Made by a program: the position numbers and the translations under genes. Positions 28,534-39,802 of a stretch of 58,746 nucleotides of DNA are shown piece after piece. Source of the DNA: Pseudomonadota bacterium (GTDB taxonomy: Bacteria > Desulfobacterota > Desulfobacteria > Desulfobacterales > RPRI01). The notes under the pieces are model-generated. The model had not been told where the DNA came from and made no database searches. It saw only the letters and a list, made by a program, of their open reading frames with translations. Position 1 is the stretch's first letter; each line of letters opens with the position of its first letter. Location: contig JBDRRF010000022.1 of NCBI GenBank assembly GCA_043825875.1, positions 1-58,746 on the forward strand. The letters run 5' to 3'.

Positions 28534-28934
28534 ATTGCGTTTCTTAAACAGTATTCGTTAATTTTGCGAACAACCTGTTTAGAATAGTTGTAGGCAACAT
28601 GTTTAATACTGACAATCTTCCTTCCTAAAATCTACCTTTTTCAATCTCGTTCTTCCATACAGGATTTCAAATGGAAATCAAACCATTGATACACAAGAGC
28701 AGAAGATTATTCTCACTAAAACTTGACAAAAATACATAATTCCTTTACAAATTAACAGCTTTCATACAGATTTTGTTTCCGACATCAAATAAAAATATAT
28801 TACGTATATTAATTGGTTGCTGCCGCGCTACGGCAACCAATCGCTCAAGTAGAATCCGTATAACCCGCTGTGCAAATATTCGTTTACTCCTCTTATTATA
28901 CGGATTCCGCGTAACACCGCCATTGACAACAGAC

Positions 28935-31766
28935 ATGACTCAAAAAACAAATATTAGCCGTATTGGCAAAATAATTGAGGCTGTTCAAAAGGTCATCGAC
29001 AGCGATTTGTACTTTCAGATCGAAACCTCCGACAGAAACGATGAAATTGACATGCTCGCAGGTTTGATCAATCAACTTGCGGAAAAGTTGAAGGAGCCTA
29101 TTGCCGGTGGCAAGAAATTCCTAAGTACGCTCTTTGATGTTGAAGAGAAATATCGCCGTCTGGAGGCAAATATTCCCGGCATGGTTTACCTGTTCGTCAT
29201 GCATCCAGATGGAACTTTTTCTTTTTCCTACGTGAATGAGGCTTCGCAAAAGCTGTTCGGGATTTCACCTGAGGACCTCATTCACGATGCGACTCTCATA
29301 ACCAGGCTTATCCATCCTGACGATAGTGAAAGATTTGATACGTCAGTAAAGCGCTCGGCTGAGACATTGCAACCTTGGCGAGAGGTATTGCGACACATTG
29401 TACATGGACAGGTGCGCTGGTACGACTGCATGTCCCGTCCTGAGCTACAACCCAATGGCGATATCCTTTGGGATGGAATAATCCTGGAAGTCACCGATCG
29501 GATGGAAACATTCGAGGCCTTAAGCGAAAGCCGACAAAGACTATCTGACATCATTTCAGCCTCTCCTGTGGGAATAGCCATTTATGACAGCTCCGGACAA
29601 TGCATTTCGGCCAACGATTCCTTTGCCCGTATTGTTGGAGCGTCAAAGCAACAGGTACTCGACCAAAACTATAACCATATTGAGTCTTTGAAGAAAACAG
29701 GGTTGTTGGATATGGCCCGAACGGTGGCCGCCACAAAGTCCGCCAAGCGCAATGAAGTGGTGACAATCTCCAGCTTTGGGAAAGAGGTCTTCCTCGATTG
29801 CCATCTTGTTCCCTTTGGCGGGGAAGATCTGCTCTTTATGGCGCAAGACATCACCGAGCGAAAGCGGGCTGAGGAAGAGCTCAAAACCACTCTTCAGATG
29901 GCAGATGATATTGTACGATATATTCCGTTTGGCATGCTCATATATCAGTATGTTGAGCCTGACAAATTGTACCTGAAGTCCGGCAATCCCGAAGCTGAAA
30001 AGATAACCGGCGTGAAAATAGCTGACTTGATCGGAAGAGAATACGAGGAAAGCTGGCCTGGGGCGGAAGCGAGCGGGCTGACGAAGGCATATCTTGAAGT
30101 CATGCGAACCGGCAATAACTACGAAACCGACGAATTATCCTATAAGGATGAAAAGCTGGAAGGATCATTTCACATCTGTGCTTTTCGTCTGCCAAATGAT
30201 CTACTTGCGGTCTCTTTTGAAGACATCACCGAACGCAAGCTGGCGGAGAATGAGCTGCGTCGTGCTAAAGCTTATTCAGAAAAGCTTTTAGAATCCGCGA
30301 ATGCAATGATAGTGGTGCTGGATGTCGAAGGACATATCCGGGTGATAAATAAGGCAGCGGAGGAAATCACCGGCTACACCCGTCAAGAGCTGCTTGGCAG
30401 CAACTTGTTCGCGGTACTTGTTCATAAGAATAAATATCAAAATGTTTGGGATGCTTTCCAAAAGTCTAAGAAGGAGGGAATTTCTGCTTCATTTGAAAAT
30501 CCCATTTTAACTAAGACGGGTGATGAACGGTTTATATCTTGGCAAAATACCGAACTTTGGGAAAACGGCGCTTTTAGCGGGTCCATTTCATATGGCATCG
30601 ATATCACAGAACGCAAAAAATTGGAAACACAACTTCTACAAACACAAAAGATGGAAGCTGTTGGGCAATTAGCCGGCGGCATAGCGCATGATTTCAACAA
30701 TATGCTAAGCGTCATTTTGGGGTATGCTGAGTTGCTCAAATCCAACTTGCCTTCGGGAGATCCTTTGTTAAAGGATGTCTTGGGGATTGAAAATGCTGGC
30801 CTTCACTCAAGAGATATCACCCGCCAGCTTCTGGCTTTTTCAAGGAAGCAGATCATCGCGCCTAAGACTGCTAATCTGAATCAACTAATAATGAGAATAG
30901 AAAAGACGCTTGCAAAGCTTATCGGTGAGAATATTGATTTGCGATTTTTCCCGCAAAACGATCTCTGGAATGTCAGGTTTGATCCAACGCAGATAGATCA
31001 GATTCTTATCAACTTATCTGTAAATGCTCGTGATGCCATGCCTGACGGCGGTACCCTGACAATCAAAACATCTAATGCTAAACTCGATGATCTCTATTGT
31101 GCTTCGCACATGGAATGCCGGCCTGGGCACTTCGTATTGTTGTCTATTTCGGACGATGGCGATGGAATGGATAACGAGATCCTCTCTCATGCCTTTGAAC
31201 CGTTTTACACAACTAAAGGCGTGGGAAAAGGTACGGGGCTCGGCTTAGCTACTGTTTATGGTATTGTCAAACAAAACGGTGGTTTTATAAATATATATAG
31301 TGAATCGGGAAAAGGTACCACTTTCGAAATCCATATTCCCAGGCTAATGGATGAGGTTGAAAAAGAAGAAGTGGCCAAGGAAGCACCGCCGGAATTTCAT
31401 CCAGCGACGATTCTGTTGGTTGAAGATGATGACATGGTACGCAAAATGACAGCAAAAGTTTTGAAAACGTTTGGATACTCGGTTTTGATAGCAGAAACCC
31501 CTATTGAAGCATTAACATTTTTTGAGAAAGAAGATATTCCCATCGATCTTCTGATAAGCGATGTGATAATGCCGCAGATGAGCGGTTCAGAATTAGTCGC
31601 TAAGATTAAAGTAATAAAACCTGAACTTAAAGTCCTTTTTATGTCCGGGTATACGGGAAATGTCATTGTCCGTCAGGGGGTATTGAAGAAAGGAATACAT
31701 TTTGTTCAGAAACCTTTCAGCATGAACGATTTAGAGCGCAGGGTACGCGAGGCGATTGACGGCTAA
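28935..31766 (+). CDS. Hybrid sensor histidine kinase with multiple PAS domains and a receiver domain
   Basis: Repeated PAS/PAC ends (DITERK); H-box AGGIAHDFNN; N, G1, F, G2 boxes; receiver 'LLVEDD...LISDVIMP...FMSGY...KPF'; start probably ATG 28935. Confidence 0.92.
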   Translation: MTQKTNISRIGKIIEAVQKVIDSDLYFQIETSDRNDEIDMLAGLINQLAEKLKEPIAGGKKFLSTLFDVEEKYRRLEANIPGMVYLFVMHPDGTFSFSYVNEASQKLFGISPEDLIHDATLITRLIHPDDSERFDTSVKRSAETLQPWREVLRHIVHGQVRWYDCMSRPELQPNGDILWDGIILEVTDRMETFEALSESRQRLSDIISASPVGIAIYDSSGQCISANDSFARIVGASKQQVLDQNYNHIESLKKTGLLDMARTVAATKSAKRNEVVTISSFGKEVFLDCHLVPFGGEDLLFMAQDITERKRAEEELKTTLQMADDIVRYIPFGMLIYQYVEPDKLYLKSGNPEAEKITGVKIADLIGREYEESWPGAEASGLTKAYLEVMRTGNNYETDELSYKDEKLEGSFHICAFRLPNDLLAVSFEDITERKLAENELRRAKAYSEKLLESANAMIVVLDVEGHIRVINKAAEEITGYTRQELLGSNLFAVLVHKNKYQNVWDAFQKSKKEGISASFENPILTKTGDERFISWQNTELWENGAFSGSISYGIDITERKKLETQLLQTQKMEAVGQLAGGIAHDFNNMLSVILGYAELLKSNLPSGDPLLKDVLGIENAGLHSRDITRQLLAFSRKQIIAPKTANLNQLIMRIEKTLAKLIGENIDLRFFPQNDLWNVRFDPTQIDQILINLSVNARDAMPDGGTLTIKTSNAKLDDLYCASHMECRPGHFVLLSISDDGDGMDNEILSHAFEPFYTTKGVGKGTGLGLATVYGIVKQNGGFINIYSESGKGTTFEIHIPRLMDEVEKEEVAKEAPPEFHPATILLVEDDDMVRKMTAKVLKTFGYSVLIAETPIEALTFFEKEDIPIDLLISDVIMPQMSGSELVAKIKVIKPELKVLFMSGYTGNVIVRQGVLKKGIHFVQKPFSMNDLERRVREAIDG

Positions 31767-32505
31767 AAAGCTTAAGTACACTATCGTACGCTTCAGTTTC
31801 CACTGTCATAAAACCAAAGGTGATCGCAAGGCATGATAGGAAATCTGAATTTGCCAACCATGGCATGAACTCTGACTGAAATTTCGCTGCGCTAAATTCC
31901 AGCAGATTATGCCATCGATACTCTCTTTCAATCCGTAATAAACATTTTTCAAAGAATCCGAGAGTATTTATTCGTAGGGGAAGACAGCGATTAAAGAAAA
32001 TAGCATATATCATATAGTTATACAAAGACCCGTTCCTACTTTGCTGCTCGTCATGAGTGTTTAGATTATAATTTTATGTTTCCGGTATTCGGCTTCATCG
32101 GTGATGGGAAGTCAAAATCCAATCCTTTAAATTTAGTGGTGCTTATTTAACGTAAGGCCAAGTGAAGTAAATCAATCGCAGTCTTGACATTTCTTATACA
32201 TACATGCCTCTATCTAAACCAACTTACCCTACCCTACTCGCAATCAAATGAACCCCACTTACAAAATGTTTCCATGTGAATGTCTCCCCGCTCTCCGGCA
32301 GACACACACCTCCCGGCAAATTACACTTACTACGATGCTTAAACCCGGCTAAACTCGATTAGTTCCACGTGGTAATTAAGATTGACATAGGCTTAAGAAG
32401 TGAGAAAATGAATTTTAGGGATAAAATTGTGGAATATGGGTATCATTTTTTCTGTAAACACTACGGCAGGAAACTGATACCAAAACATTATAAGGAGATA
32501 TATCC

Positions 32506-33684
32506 ATGCACAAAAGAAAGATAAAAGAAAACATTTATTTGCTGGGAGCTATTGATTGGGACAGACGTCTTTTTGATTCTCTCATTCCGTTACCGGACGG
32601 CACTACGTACAATTCTTATCTTGTTGAAGGAAGTGAGAAAACCGTTTTGCTGGACACTGCCGATCCGGCCATGGCCGATGAATTAATATCACAACTGGAT
32701 GGAGTATTTAAAATTGACTTTATCGTCTCTCACCATGCCGAGCAGGACCATTCCGGGAGCATCCCGCAAGTTCTTGAAAGATTTCCGGAAGCAAAAGTGA
32801 TTACCACCCCCAAAGCTAAACAGATGCTTATTGATTTACTGAAAGTCCCTGAGAACGCTTTTATCACTGTGACAGATGGCGAAACTTTATCCCTCGGAAA
32901 CAAGACTCTTAAATTTATCCACACACCCTGGGTTCACTGGCCGGAAACCATGGTGACCTACCTGGAAGAAGATCAAATTCTTTTCAGTTGTGATTTTTTT
33001 GGGTCCCATATAGCAACCACAGATCTTTTTGTGACCGACCAGGGACGTGTGTATGAAGCAGCTAAACGATATTTTGCCGAGATTATGATGCCATTTCGGA
33101 ATATAATCAAAAACAATATCGAAAAGCTCAAAGGGTATGATATTCAAATGATAGCCCCGAGTCACGGGCAGATCTATGACCAGCCAGCCTGGATAATTGA
33201 TGCTTACCGGGAATGGATTCTTGGAACACCTAAAAACACGGTTGTGCTGCCTTATGTGTCCATGCATACCAGTACAAAAATAATGGTGGATCATCTTCTG
33301 TCATCTCTTGTGAGTAAAGGAGTTCGTGTTGAGCTTTTTAATCTCACTGTAACAGATATCGGCAAACTTGCCATGGCGCTGGTTGATGCGGGAACTATTG
33401 TCGTTGGTACTCCAACGGTACTGGCTGGTCCGCATCCTTTAGCCGCATACTGCGCTTTTCTGGCTAATGCCTTACGGCCCAAGGCTCAATTTCTTTCGAT
33501 TATCGGTTCGTATGGATGGGGTGGCAAAACCGTTGAAACACTTGCCGGAATGATACCCAATTTGAAAGTTGAGGTATTAGACCCTGTATTATGTAAAGGG
33601 ACACCTTCGGAAAACGATTTCAAAGCGCTGGATAAATTGGCTGACACTATTGCAAAAAAACACGCTGAGAACGGATTCAGATAA
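32506..33684 (+). CDS. fprA: Flavodiiron protein (FprA family; O2/NO reductase)
   Basis: GTTYNSYL, H.EQDHSG, PWVHWPETM, SCDFFGSH, APSHG, flavodoxin domain GSYGWGG. Confidence 0.92.
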   Translation: MHKRKIKENIYLLGAIDWDRRLFDSLIPLPDGTTYNSYLVEGSEKTVLLDTADPAMADELISQLDGVFKIDFIVSHHAEQDHSGSIPQVLERFPEAKVITTPKAKQMLIDLLKVPENAFITVTDGETLSLGNKTLKFIHTPWVHWPETMVTYLEEDQILFSCDFFGSHIATTDLFVTDQGRVYEAAKRYFAEIMMPFRNIIKNNIEKLKGYDIQMIAPSHGQIYDQPAWIIDAYREWILGTPKNTVVLPYVSMHTSTKIMVDHLLSSLVSKGVRVELFNLTVTDIGKLAMALVDAGTIVVGTPTVLAGPHPLAAYCAFLANALRPKAQFLSIIGSYGWGGKTVETLAGMIPNLKVEVLDPVLCKGTPSENDFKALDKLADTIAKKHAENGFR

Positions 33685-33701
33685 TATAAAGACAGTACTA
33701 T

Positions 33702-34082
33702 ATGATAAGCACCAACATAATTCTTTATTGTAAAGAATGGGAGAAAACGGTTTGCTTTTATAAAGACCGTTTGCACCTGCCCGTAAATTTCTCAAATGAC
33801 TGGTTTGTTGAATTCAGCTTAACCGCAAGTTCAAGACTTAGCATTACCGACGAAAAACGATCTTCCATAAAGAGCTGCGCGGGTAAAGGTATTACTTTAG
33901 CGCTGGAAGTTGAAGATATTGAAGCAGTGCGGGAAGATATGGTAAAAAACGGATTGGAGCCGACGGCAATCAGTAAGCATGCATGGAATGCCAGGGTGTT
34001 TTATCTTTTTGATCCTGAAGGACACCGCATAGAAATATGGCAAAAGATCGCAGACGAAACAAAAGATAATTTTGTTTGTTGA
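33702..34082 (+). CDS. VOC/glyoxalase family protein
   Basis: 'FY...L.L', 'LEVEDIE', 'W.AR.FY..DPEG.RIEI'. Confidence 0.85.
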   Translation: MISTNIILYCKEWEKTVCFYKDRLHLPVNFSNDWFVEFSLTASSRLSITDEKRSSIKSCAGKGITLALEVEDIEAVREDMVKNGLEPTAISKHAWNARVFYLFDPEGHRIEIWQKIADETKDNFVC

Positions 34083-34103
34083 ACTAAGGAGCAGGGCTCT
34101 GAA

Positions 34104-35216
34104 ATGAAAAAACCCATCAAACGCATAATTTGGATTTTAATCGGAATTGCCTTAATTCTTGCAGCAGTTATTCTGATCCGTCACCGAAAATCGGAACTGG
34201 CAAATTTGGCACAGCCATCAATTCGTCCAATTCCCGTTCATATCAAAACGGCAATCAGTGGAAAGCTTCCGATAATCGAACACTATCTGGGAACCATTGA
34301 ACCAGTAGTAGAGGCAGTATTGTCCGCCCAGGCAACCGGGTATCTCACATCAATTGATAAGGACACAGGAGACCGGGTTGTAGCCGGAGAGACTGTTGCC
34401 AAAATTGACGATCGATTGCTTGTCAGTCAAAAAAGCGCTATAGCGGCAGAGCTGGCAGGGGCCAGGGAAGATTTGGGAATTAAAAAAACGATGCTGGATC
34501 GGCGTAAAGAATTAATTAAAACAAAAGCTGTTTCCATAGAATCTTTAAATGAAGCATCGCTTGCCTATGAATTGGCATCCTCACGACTGCAACGATTGAA
34601 ACAGGAAATTGAAGCATCGAATGTTTCCCTGTCATTTACCGGCATCAGGTCTCTTTTTAACGGGGTCATTACAAAGCGTTTGAAAAATCACGGCGATATG
34701 GTCACGACCGGAACCCCCGTATTTATGATTGAAGACACAAAACGGGGATATAAAGTTATCGTTCACGTATCGCAGGAAACAGTCACTCGATTATCCAAAA
34801 ACATGCCGTTTCATTTGAATCATGGCGGCGCTTTTCTTGATGCGACCGAATATCGTATTCATCCGGCCATTAACACCGGGAATCTGGCGACTGTGGAAAT
34901 TCGCATACCGGATCGGCCGTTCGGACTGCCAAGTTACGGCACCGTTGGGGTGGATATGGTTGTCGGGATGCCGGAAGGCCTTGTTGTTTCCTCAGACTGC
35001 ATTCTTGAACAGGAAACAGGAGCTTTGGTCTTTGTGGTTCAAGATAAAGAAAGTGTCCGTCCGGTTCCTGTAAATATACTCGGACACAACGGGGAACAGG
35101 CTGTTGTTGAAGGATCATTGTCACCCGGTACACCTCTGGCAGCCGGTGCTGAATCCATGCTTATGCAGTTAAGCCGGCATGGGCGCATCATGATAATTTC
35201 CGAAGGGGAAAAATGA
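34104..35216 (+). CDS. RND efflux periplasmic adaptor subunit
   Basis: N-terminal TM anchor, lipoyl-like halves (GD.V..G / 'IRS.F.G.I.....GD.V..G.P') around a coiled coil. Confidence 0.9.
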   Translation: MKKPIKRIIWILIGIALILAAVILIRHRKSELANLAQPSIRPIPVHIKTAISGKLPIIEHYLGTIEPVVEAVLSAQATGYLTSIDKDTGDRVVAGETVAKIDDRLLVSQKSAIAAELAGAREDLGIKKTMLDRRKELIKTKAVSIESLNEASLAYELASSRLQRLKQEIEASNVSLSFTGIRSLFNGVITKRLKNHGDMVTTGTPVFMIEDTKRGYKVIVHVSQETVTRLSKNMPFHLNHGGAFLDATEYRIHPAINTGNLATVEIRIPDRPFGLPSYGTVGVDMVVGMPEGLVVSSDCILEQETGALVFVVQDKESVRPVPVNILGHNGEQAVVEGSLSPGTPLAAGAESMLMQLSRHGRIMIISEGEK

Positions 35217-38200
35217 ACTGGGTATCTGCCTATCTCAAGCGACCGCATGCGGTAACTGCTTTGATACTGTTAGGAGTAGCATTCGGCTTTATCGGTTTTA
35301 AAACCCTGCCCTTGAATCTATTCCCGGACTCCAATTATCCCAAGATATCTATTTTGCTGATCTGGCCCGGGGCGTCGGCTGAAGATATGGCGGATAAAAT
35401 TTCCCGGCAGGTGGAAAAAGAAATGGCCTCTTTGGACAAATTCCGGACCATCAAATCCACCGTGCGTGACGAAACCGCTGCCGTAAAGGTAGAATTTGAA
35501 TATGACAAAAGTCTTGATGCTGCTGTTACAGATGTGAATGCCGCCTTAAATCGCATCATGCCAACACTTCCAGCGGAAATGCTGCCACCAAGAATTTTCC
35601 GGATTAGCGACGCCACCGCACCGGTTCAGACCATGGCTGTTTATCCAAAGCCTAAATCATCTCTTACTCTGTCAAAGATTCGTCAATTATGCGACAATGA
35701 AATCCAGGAAATGTTTCTTCGGGTCAAGGGCATTGCTGATGTAGAAATTTTTGGTGGGTACGTTCCAGAGATCAATTTGACTGTTGACCGGGACAGGCTA
35801 TCCCGATTCGGATTATCGATTGAAAATGTCATAGCCGCCATATACTCTCAAAATCGGAACATTCCCAGCGGCCTACTGATCCGGAAAAACGATGAATTAA
35901 TGATCAAGATTCAGGGGGAACGCACCCGGCGGCATGAACTGGCTGATATCATCATTGGAAAAAACGCGGGTGGCGGGGCCGTTTATTTACGCGATATTTC
36001 CGACATCGAAACATCCCATCAGCAGCGGCGCTCATTTTTTCATGGGAACGGCAAACCGGCCATCGGTATTAATATTCTTCGAACTGAAGGCGGTAATGTA
36101 ACAACAACGCTTACTGCTTTAAACAAAGTACTACCTGAAGTACGCGCTGCCTTCCCGGAGCTGGTATTTGAAGTAGCCGATACCCAGGGTGAACTGATCA
36201 ACACATCGGTATCCAATCTGCTTACATCCCTTCGTGATTCTGTCATTTTAACCATTGCCGTTATTTTCCTGCTTATTGCACGCATGCGGACAACGCTTTT
36301 AGCCGCCATCTCCATTCCGTTTACATTTCTGCTGACCTTTGCCGGCATGAAGCTCATCCATTATGAACTAAATATCGTCACTATGACAGCTATTATCCTT
36401 GCTGTAGGTCTGCTGGTGGATGATGCCATTGTCGTGATTGAAAATATTGACCGGCACGTCACCTCCGGAGATAAATCCCTTTTTCAGGCCTCTGTTGACG
36501 GCACAAAAGAAATCTTTCTTGCTGATTTTGCCGGCACCGCAACCACACTGACCGTTTTGCTGCCGATTATGTTTGTAGGCGGATATTCCCAGAAAATCCT
36601 TCGGCCGCTTTCTGTGGTGCTGTCTCTGGCCCTTTTGTCTTCATTCGTGATATCTGTTACGGTTATTCCTTTGCTGGCACCGATTCTTATGAAACCAGGC
36701 CGACAGGCAAACCGGATCGAAACTGCGCTCCAGCGTTTTTGTGAATTCTGGATCACACCGCTTCAGAATTTTTTTATACAAAGTTTTCGGATGGCAACCT
36801 CGAAATGGGGTGTGCTGATTTTACCAATCCTGATCGGCCTGCTGCTGATCAGTATGCGACAGATGCCGGTGGTTGGAAGGGATCTGATGCCGTCAATGGA
36901 TACCGGTATTGTTAAGATCGAATTTGAAGTCTGGCCTAACAGCACCATTGAACAAACCGAAATGGTGGTGGAAAATATGGAGCGCTTAATTAAAAAGGTG
37001 CCGAGTTTTGTCCGTATGGCCACGATTGTGGGTGCCGAACCCAATGTCATTAGTTTCGGTGCGGATCGCACCTCCCAGGAAGGACTGATCACTGTGCATT
37101 TTCAAAACCGGTTTGCACGTACCAAATCCATCTGGGAAATAGAAGAAGGCCTTCGCAACACATTCCGTGAATTGTCCGGCCTGAAGCGTTTTAATGTTTA
37201 TGATTACGGCGCAACCCCCCTGTCCTCCATAGCAGCGCCGATTGATGTCATGATTTCCGGGCCGGATCCGCGAATTCTGGATCAGCTTGCCGATGAAGTC
37301 TCCAACAGGCTTCACCAGATCAGGGGACTGACATCCATATCCCGCTCATGGGACTGGTCCAAACAGGAAATTGCCATCGATCTTGATGAAACGAAACTTG
37401 CCCGTTACGGTATTTCTCCCAAAGACGTTTCAGAAACGCTTATGACGGCAACAACAGGTAAAATAGCTTCACAATTCAGTATTGCCGGAGAAGACGGTTA
37501 CGGCATTCGACTGCGCTTTGATCAGAATACAATAAACACCGTCAACGACCTGGCTGTGCTGCAGATTCCGGGACCGGCAGGCACCGTGCCGCTGAAAGAA
37601 ATCGCCGATTTCCACACCGTCTGGCGCCAGTCAAAGATCACCCGGCAGAACCTTTTGCCTGTTGTCAACCTGCTGGGTTATCGTTCCAGAACCGCCATCA
37701 CCCATCTTCAGGATCAGGTCACTGCCGTGCTGTCAGACATTAAACTTCCCGGCGGATATACGCTGAGTCAGGAAGGAGAAATCCGGCAAATGACTGAAAG
37801 CTTCGGCAATCTTGGCGGTGCAATGGCACTGGCGATTATTTTTCTGTATTTTTCACTGGTGATTACTTTTAAGTCATACCTGCACCCCATAATTATTATG
37901 AGCGCCATTCCTCTGGCCTTTATCGGGGTGCCCTGGGGCATGCTGCTCCTGGAACGGCATTTATGCATGCCTGCGGCCATGGGCATGATCCTGCTGGCCG
38001 GTATCGTAGTAAACAATTCAATCCTGCTTGTCGATTTTATTGAAACCGCGCGCTCAAACGGGGCGGACATTCATTCAGCCATTGAAGACGCGATCCGCCG
38101 TCGGACACGGCCGATTTTAATGACGGCCCTGAGTACCATAGCCGGGATGCTCCCGATTGCCGCTGAAATGGCTGTCGGACTCGAAAGATTATCACCTTTA

Positions 38201-38314
38201 GCGGTTGTAGCCATTGCAGGGTTGCTGGTCTCAACCTTTCTAACTTTGGCCTACGTGCCGGCGCTTTATCTGGTAACTGATCGAATCAAAAGAAAAGTAA
38301 TAATTACAGTCTAA
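35213..38314 (+). CDS. RND efflux permease (AcrB/AcrD/AcrF family)
   Basis: 1033 aa; GLLVDDAIVVIENI, GIVVNNSILLVD, RTRPILMT. Confidence 0.93.
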   Translation: MNWVSAYLKRPHAVTALILLGVAFGFIGFKTLPLNLFPDSNYPKISILLIWPGASAEDMADKISRQVEKEMASLDKFRTIKSTVRDETAAVKVEFEYDKSLDAAVTDVNAALNRIMPTLPAEMLPPRIFRISDATAPVQTMAVYPKPKSSLTLSKIRQLCDNEIQEMFLRVKGIADVEIFGGYVPEINLTVDRDRLSRFGLSIENVIAAIYSQNRNIPSGLLIRKNDELMIKIQGERTRRHELADIIIGKNAGGGAVYLRDISDIETSHQQRRSFFHGNGKPAIGINILRTEGGNVTTTLTALNKVLPEVRAAFPELVFEVADTQGELINTSVSNLLTSLRDSVILTIAVIFLLIARMRTTLLAAISIPFTFLLTFAGMKLIHYELNIVTMTAIILAVGLLVDDAIVVIENIDRHVTSGDKSLFQASVDGTKEIFLADFAGTATTLTVLLPIMFVGGYSQKILRPLSVVLSLALLSSFVISVTVIPLLAPILMKPGRQANRIETALQRFCEFWITPLQNFFIQSFRMATSKWGVLILPILIGLLLISMRQMPVVGRDLMPSMDTGIVKIEFEVWPNSTIEQTEMVVENMERLIKKVPSFVRMATIVGAEPNVISFGADRTSQEGLITVHFQNRFARTKSIWEIEEGLRNTFRELSGLKRFNVYDYGATPLSSIAAPIDVMISGPDPRILDQLADEVSNRLHQIRGLTSISRSWDWSKQEIAIDLDETKLARYGISPKDVSETLMTATTGKIASQFSIAGEDGYGIRLRFDQNTINTVNDLAVLQIPGPAGTVPLKEIADFHTVWRQSKITRQNLLPVVNLLGYRSRTAITHLQDQVTAVLSDIKLPGGYTLSQEGEIRQMTESFGNLGGAMALAIIFLYFSLVITFKSYLHPIIIMSAIPLAFIGVPWGMLLLERHLCMPAAMGMILLAGIVVNNSILLVDFIETARSNGADIHSAIEDAIRRRTRPILMTALSTIAGMLPIAAEMAVGLERLSPLAVVAIAGLLVSTFLTLAYVPALYLVTDRIKRKVIITV

Positions 38315-38669
38315 AAAGATAATACATTGAAGAAGCCATTTCATCATGTCCGGTCGAATGCATCCATTGGGAATAGTTATTTGAGCCACACCACCTTGTA
38401 AATGACTTTGCGTCGATTTTCATGATTTCGCACACTTTCCTGCTGCCTTGGCTCTTTCAACAAATCAAGGTAGTAACATGTTTTGTACTGATAGCTTCCT
38501 GCAATAAATCGGACATTATTACAATAGTTGTAGATTCCTATTTCAAATCATGATAATAAATTATCGCACTTAAATTGAAAGTCTCGAAACTCACAGATAT
38601 TAAAATCAAATTATTTAAAGCATCGTTCATCTGATTTCAGCTTTGCTTTAAAACTAAATGAATGTTAAT

Positions 38670-38972
38670 ATGGCTATAAATTATAATTTTGAGTGGAATC
38701 CTATAAAGGCCCGTAGTAACCGAGACAAACATGCTGTAACTTTTGATGAAGCAGCATCAGTATTTAGAGATTCAAAGGCACTTTCCATATTTGATCCGGA
38801 ACACAGTGAAACTGAGGACAGGTGGATAACTTTAGGCATTTCGGAAAAAGGAAGATTATTGATCGTAATCCATACTTTCCAAGAAGACAGTAAAGAAGCT
38901 GCCACTATCAGAATTATTTCATGCCGTAAAGCGACAAAACACGAAAGCAAAACATATGGTGAAAAAACATGA
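38670..38972 (+). CDS. BrnT family toxin
   Basis: 'FEW...K...N..KH.V.F.EA..VF.D', 'HS..EDRW..LG', 'IRIIS.RKA...E'. Confidence 0.9.
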   Translation: MAINYNFEWNPIKARSNRDKHAVTFDEAASVFRDSKALSIFDPEHSETEDRWITLGISEKGRLLIVIHTFQEDSKEAATIRIISCRKATKHESKTYGEKT

Positions 38973-39169
38973 AAAAAGAATATGATTTCTCGAAAGGTGA
39001 AAGAGGCAAGTTTTATCGTCCGGATATGAAACTAAACATTCCAATTTATCTTGATGACGAAGTTTTAAGCTTTGTTGAAAAAATCGCTTCAAAGAAGGGA
39101 ATAGATCGATCCTCAGTGGTTAATGAACTTCTCAAGGGCGATATAAAGCTCGCCGAGGTAATGAAATAA
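38969..39169 (+). CDS. BrnA-like antitoxin (RHH/CopG)
   Basis: MKKEYDFSKG.RGKF, 'I.LD..V'; ATGA overlap with the toxin. Confidence 0.85.
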   Translation: MKKEYDFSKGERGKFYRPDMKLNIPIYLDDEVLSFVEKIASKKGIDRSSVVNELLKGDIKLAEVMK

Positions 39170-39351
39170 AAAGAGAAATGAATAAAATTATAAGCGTTAT
39201 TTTTACTCCAATAAATAAACTTTCTTTTAATAATAAATAAGAGATCGCGGACTTGACCCCTATCCTTTTTTTTGAGGTATAATTATGAATAAATTGGGCC
39301 CTATAATGTTAGGAATTGTACTTATTTTATATGGATCTGCTATTTGGGTCA

Positions 39352-39802
39352 CCCATTAAAGGGTTCGTCAAGAGAAAAAGCACCCCCCTATTAAAAAAGA
39401 TGGTCTCTTTTTTAAATGACGTGTCAGTCTGCACTTACTCGGACACCGTTTTGTCTCCCGCCCCGCATACGACATTTCTTTGTTATGGTTAGAGTCGGTT
39501 TGATCCGCTCCGCTCCAGTCAACCATCAGGATCAAGGTCGAAAAAGAATTCTATGTGTCTATAAGTTGATACCGATCAAGAGAGTTCTTTATGACCCCTG
39601 GCAGTACTTATGCCCCAGAAAATCATCGGTTCCATGCTGTGTCCAATAGGATTTATTACAAATCTTATGGTTGTTAGCCAGCCCCTTTTTAGCTCACAGC
39701 ATAGGCGAATCAGGATAAAAAACGGATTATATTGTGCGGCAGATTCCAATCAAACCTTGTGGCTTTATACCAACCCCATTACCGGATCTCTGCCGCACAA
39801 AC
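39352..39802 (-). ncRNA. Candidate bridge/seek RNA region of the IS110 element
   Basis: ~450-nt structured NCR downstream of the transposase; 12-bp stem 39732-43/39789-800; position as in IS1111-group elements. Confidence 0.55.

Noticed and set aside
28773..28934. N-terminal extension of the histidine kinase
   Set aside because: Reads through hairpin-rich leader sequence; ATG 28935 is more plausible
32050..32170. Possible riboswitch upstream of fprA (GGGAAGTC...AATCC)
   Set aside because: Remaining cobalamin-riboswitch core elements could not be found
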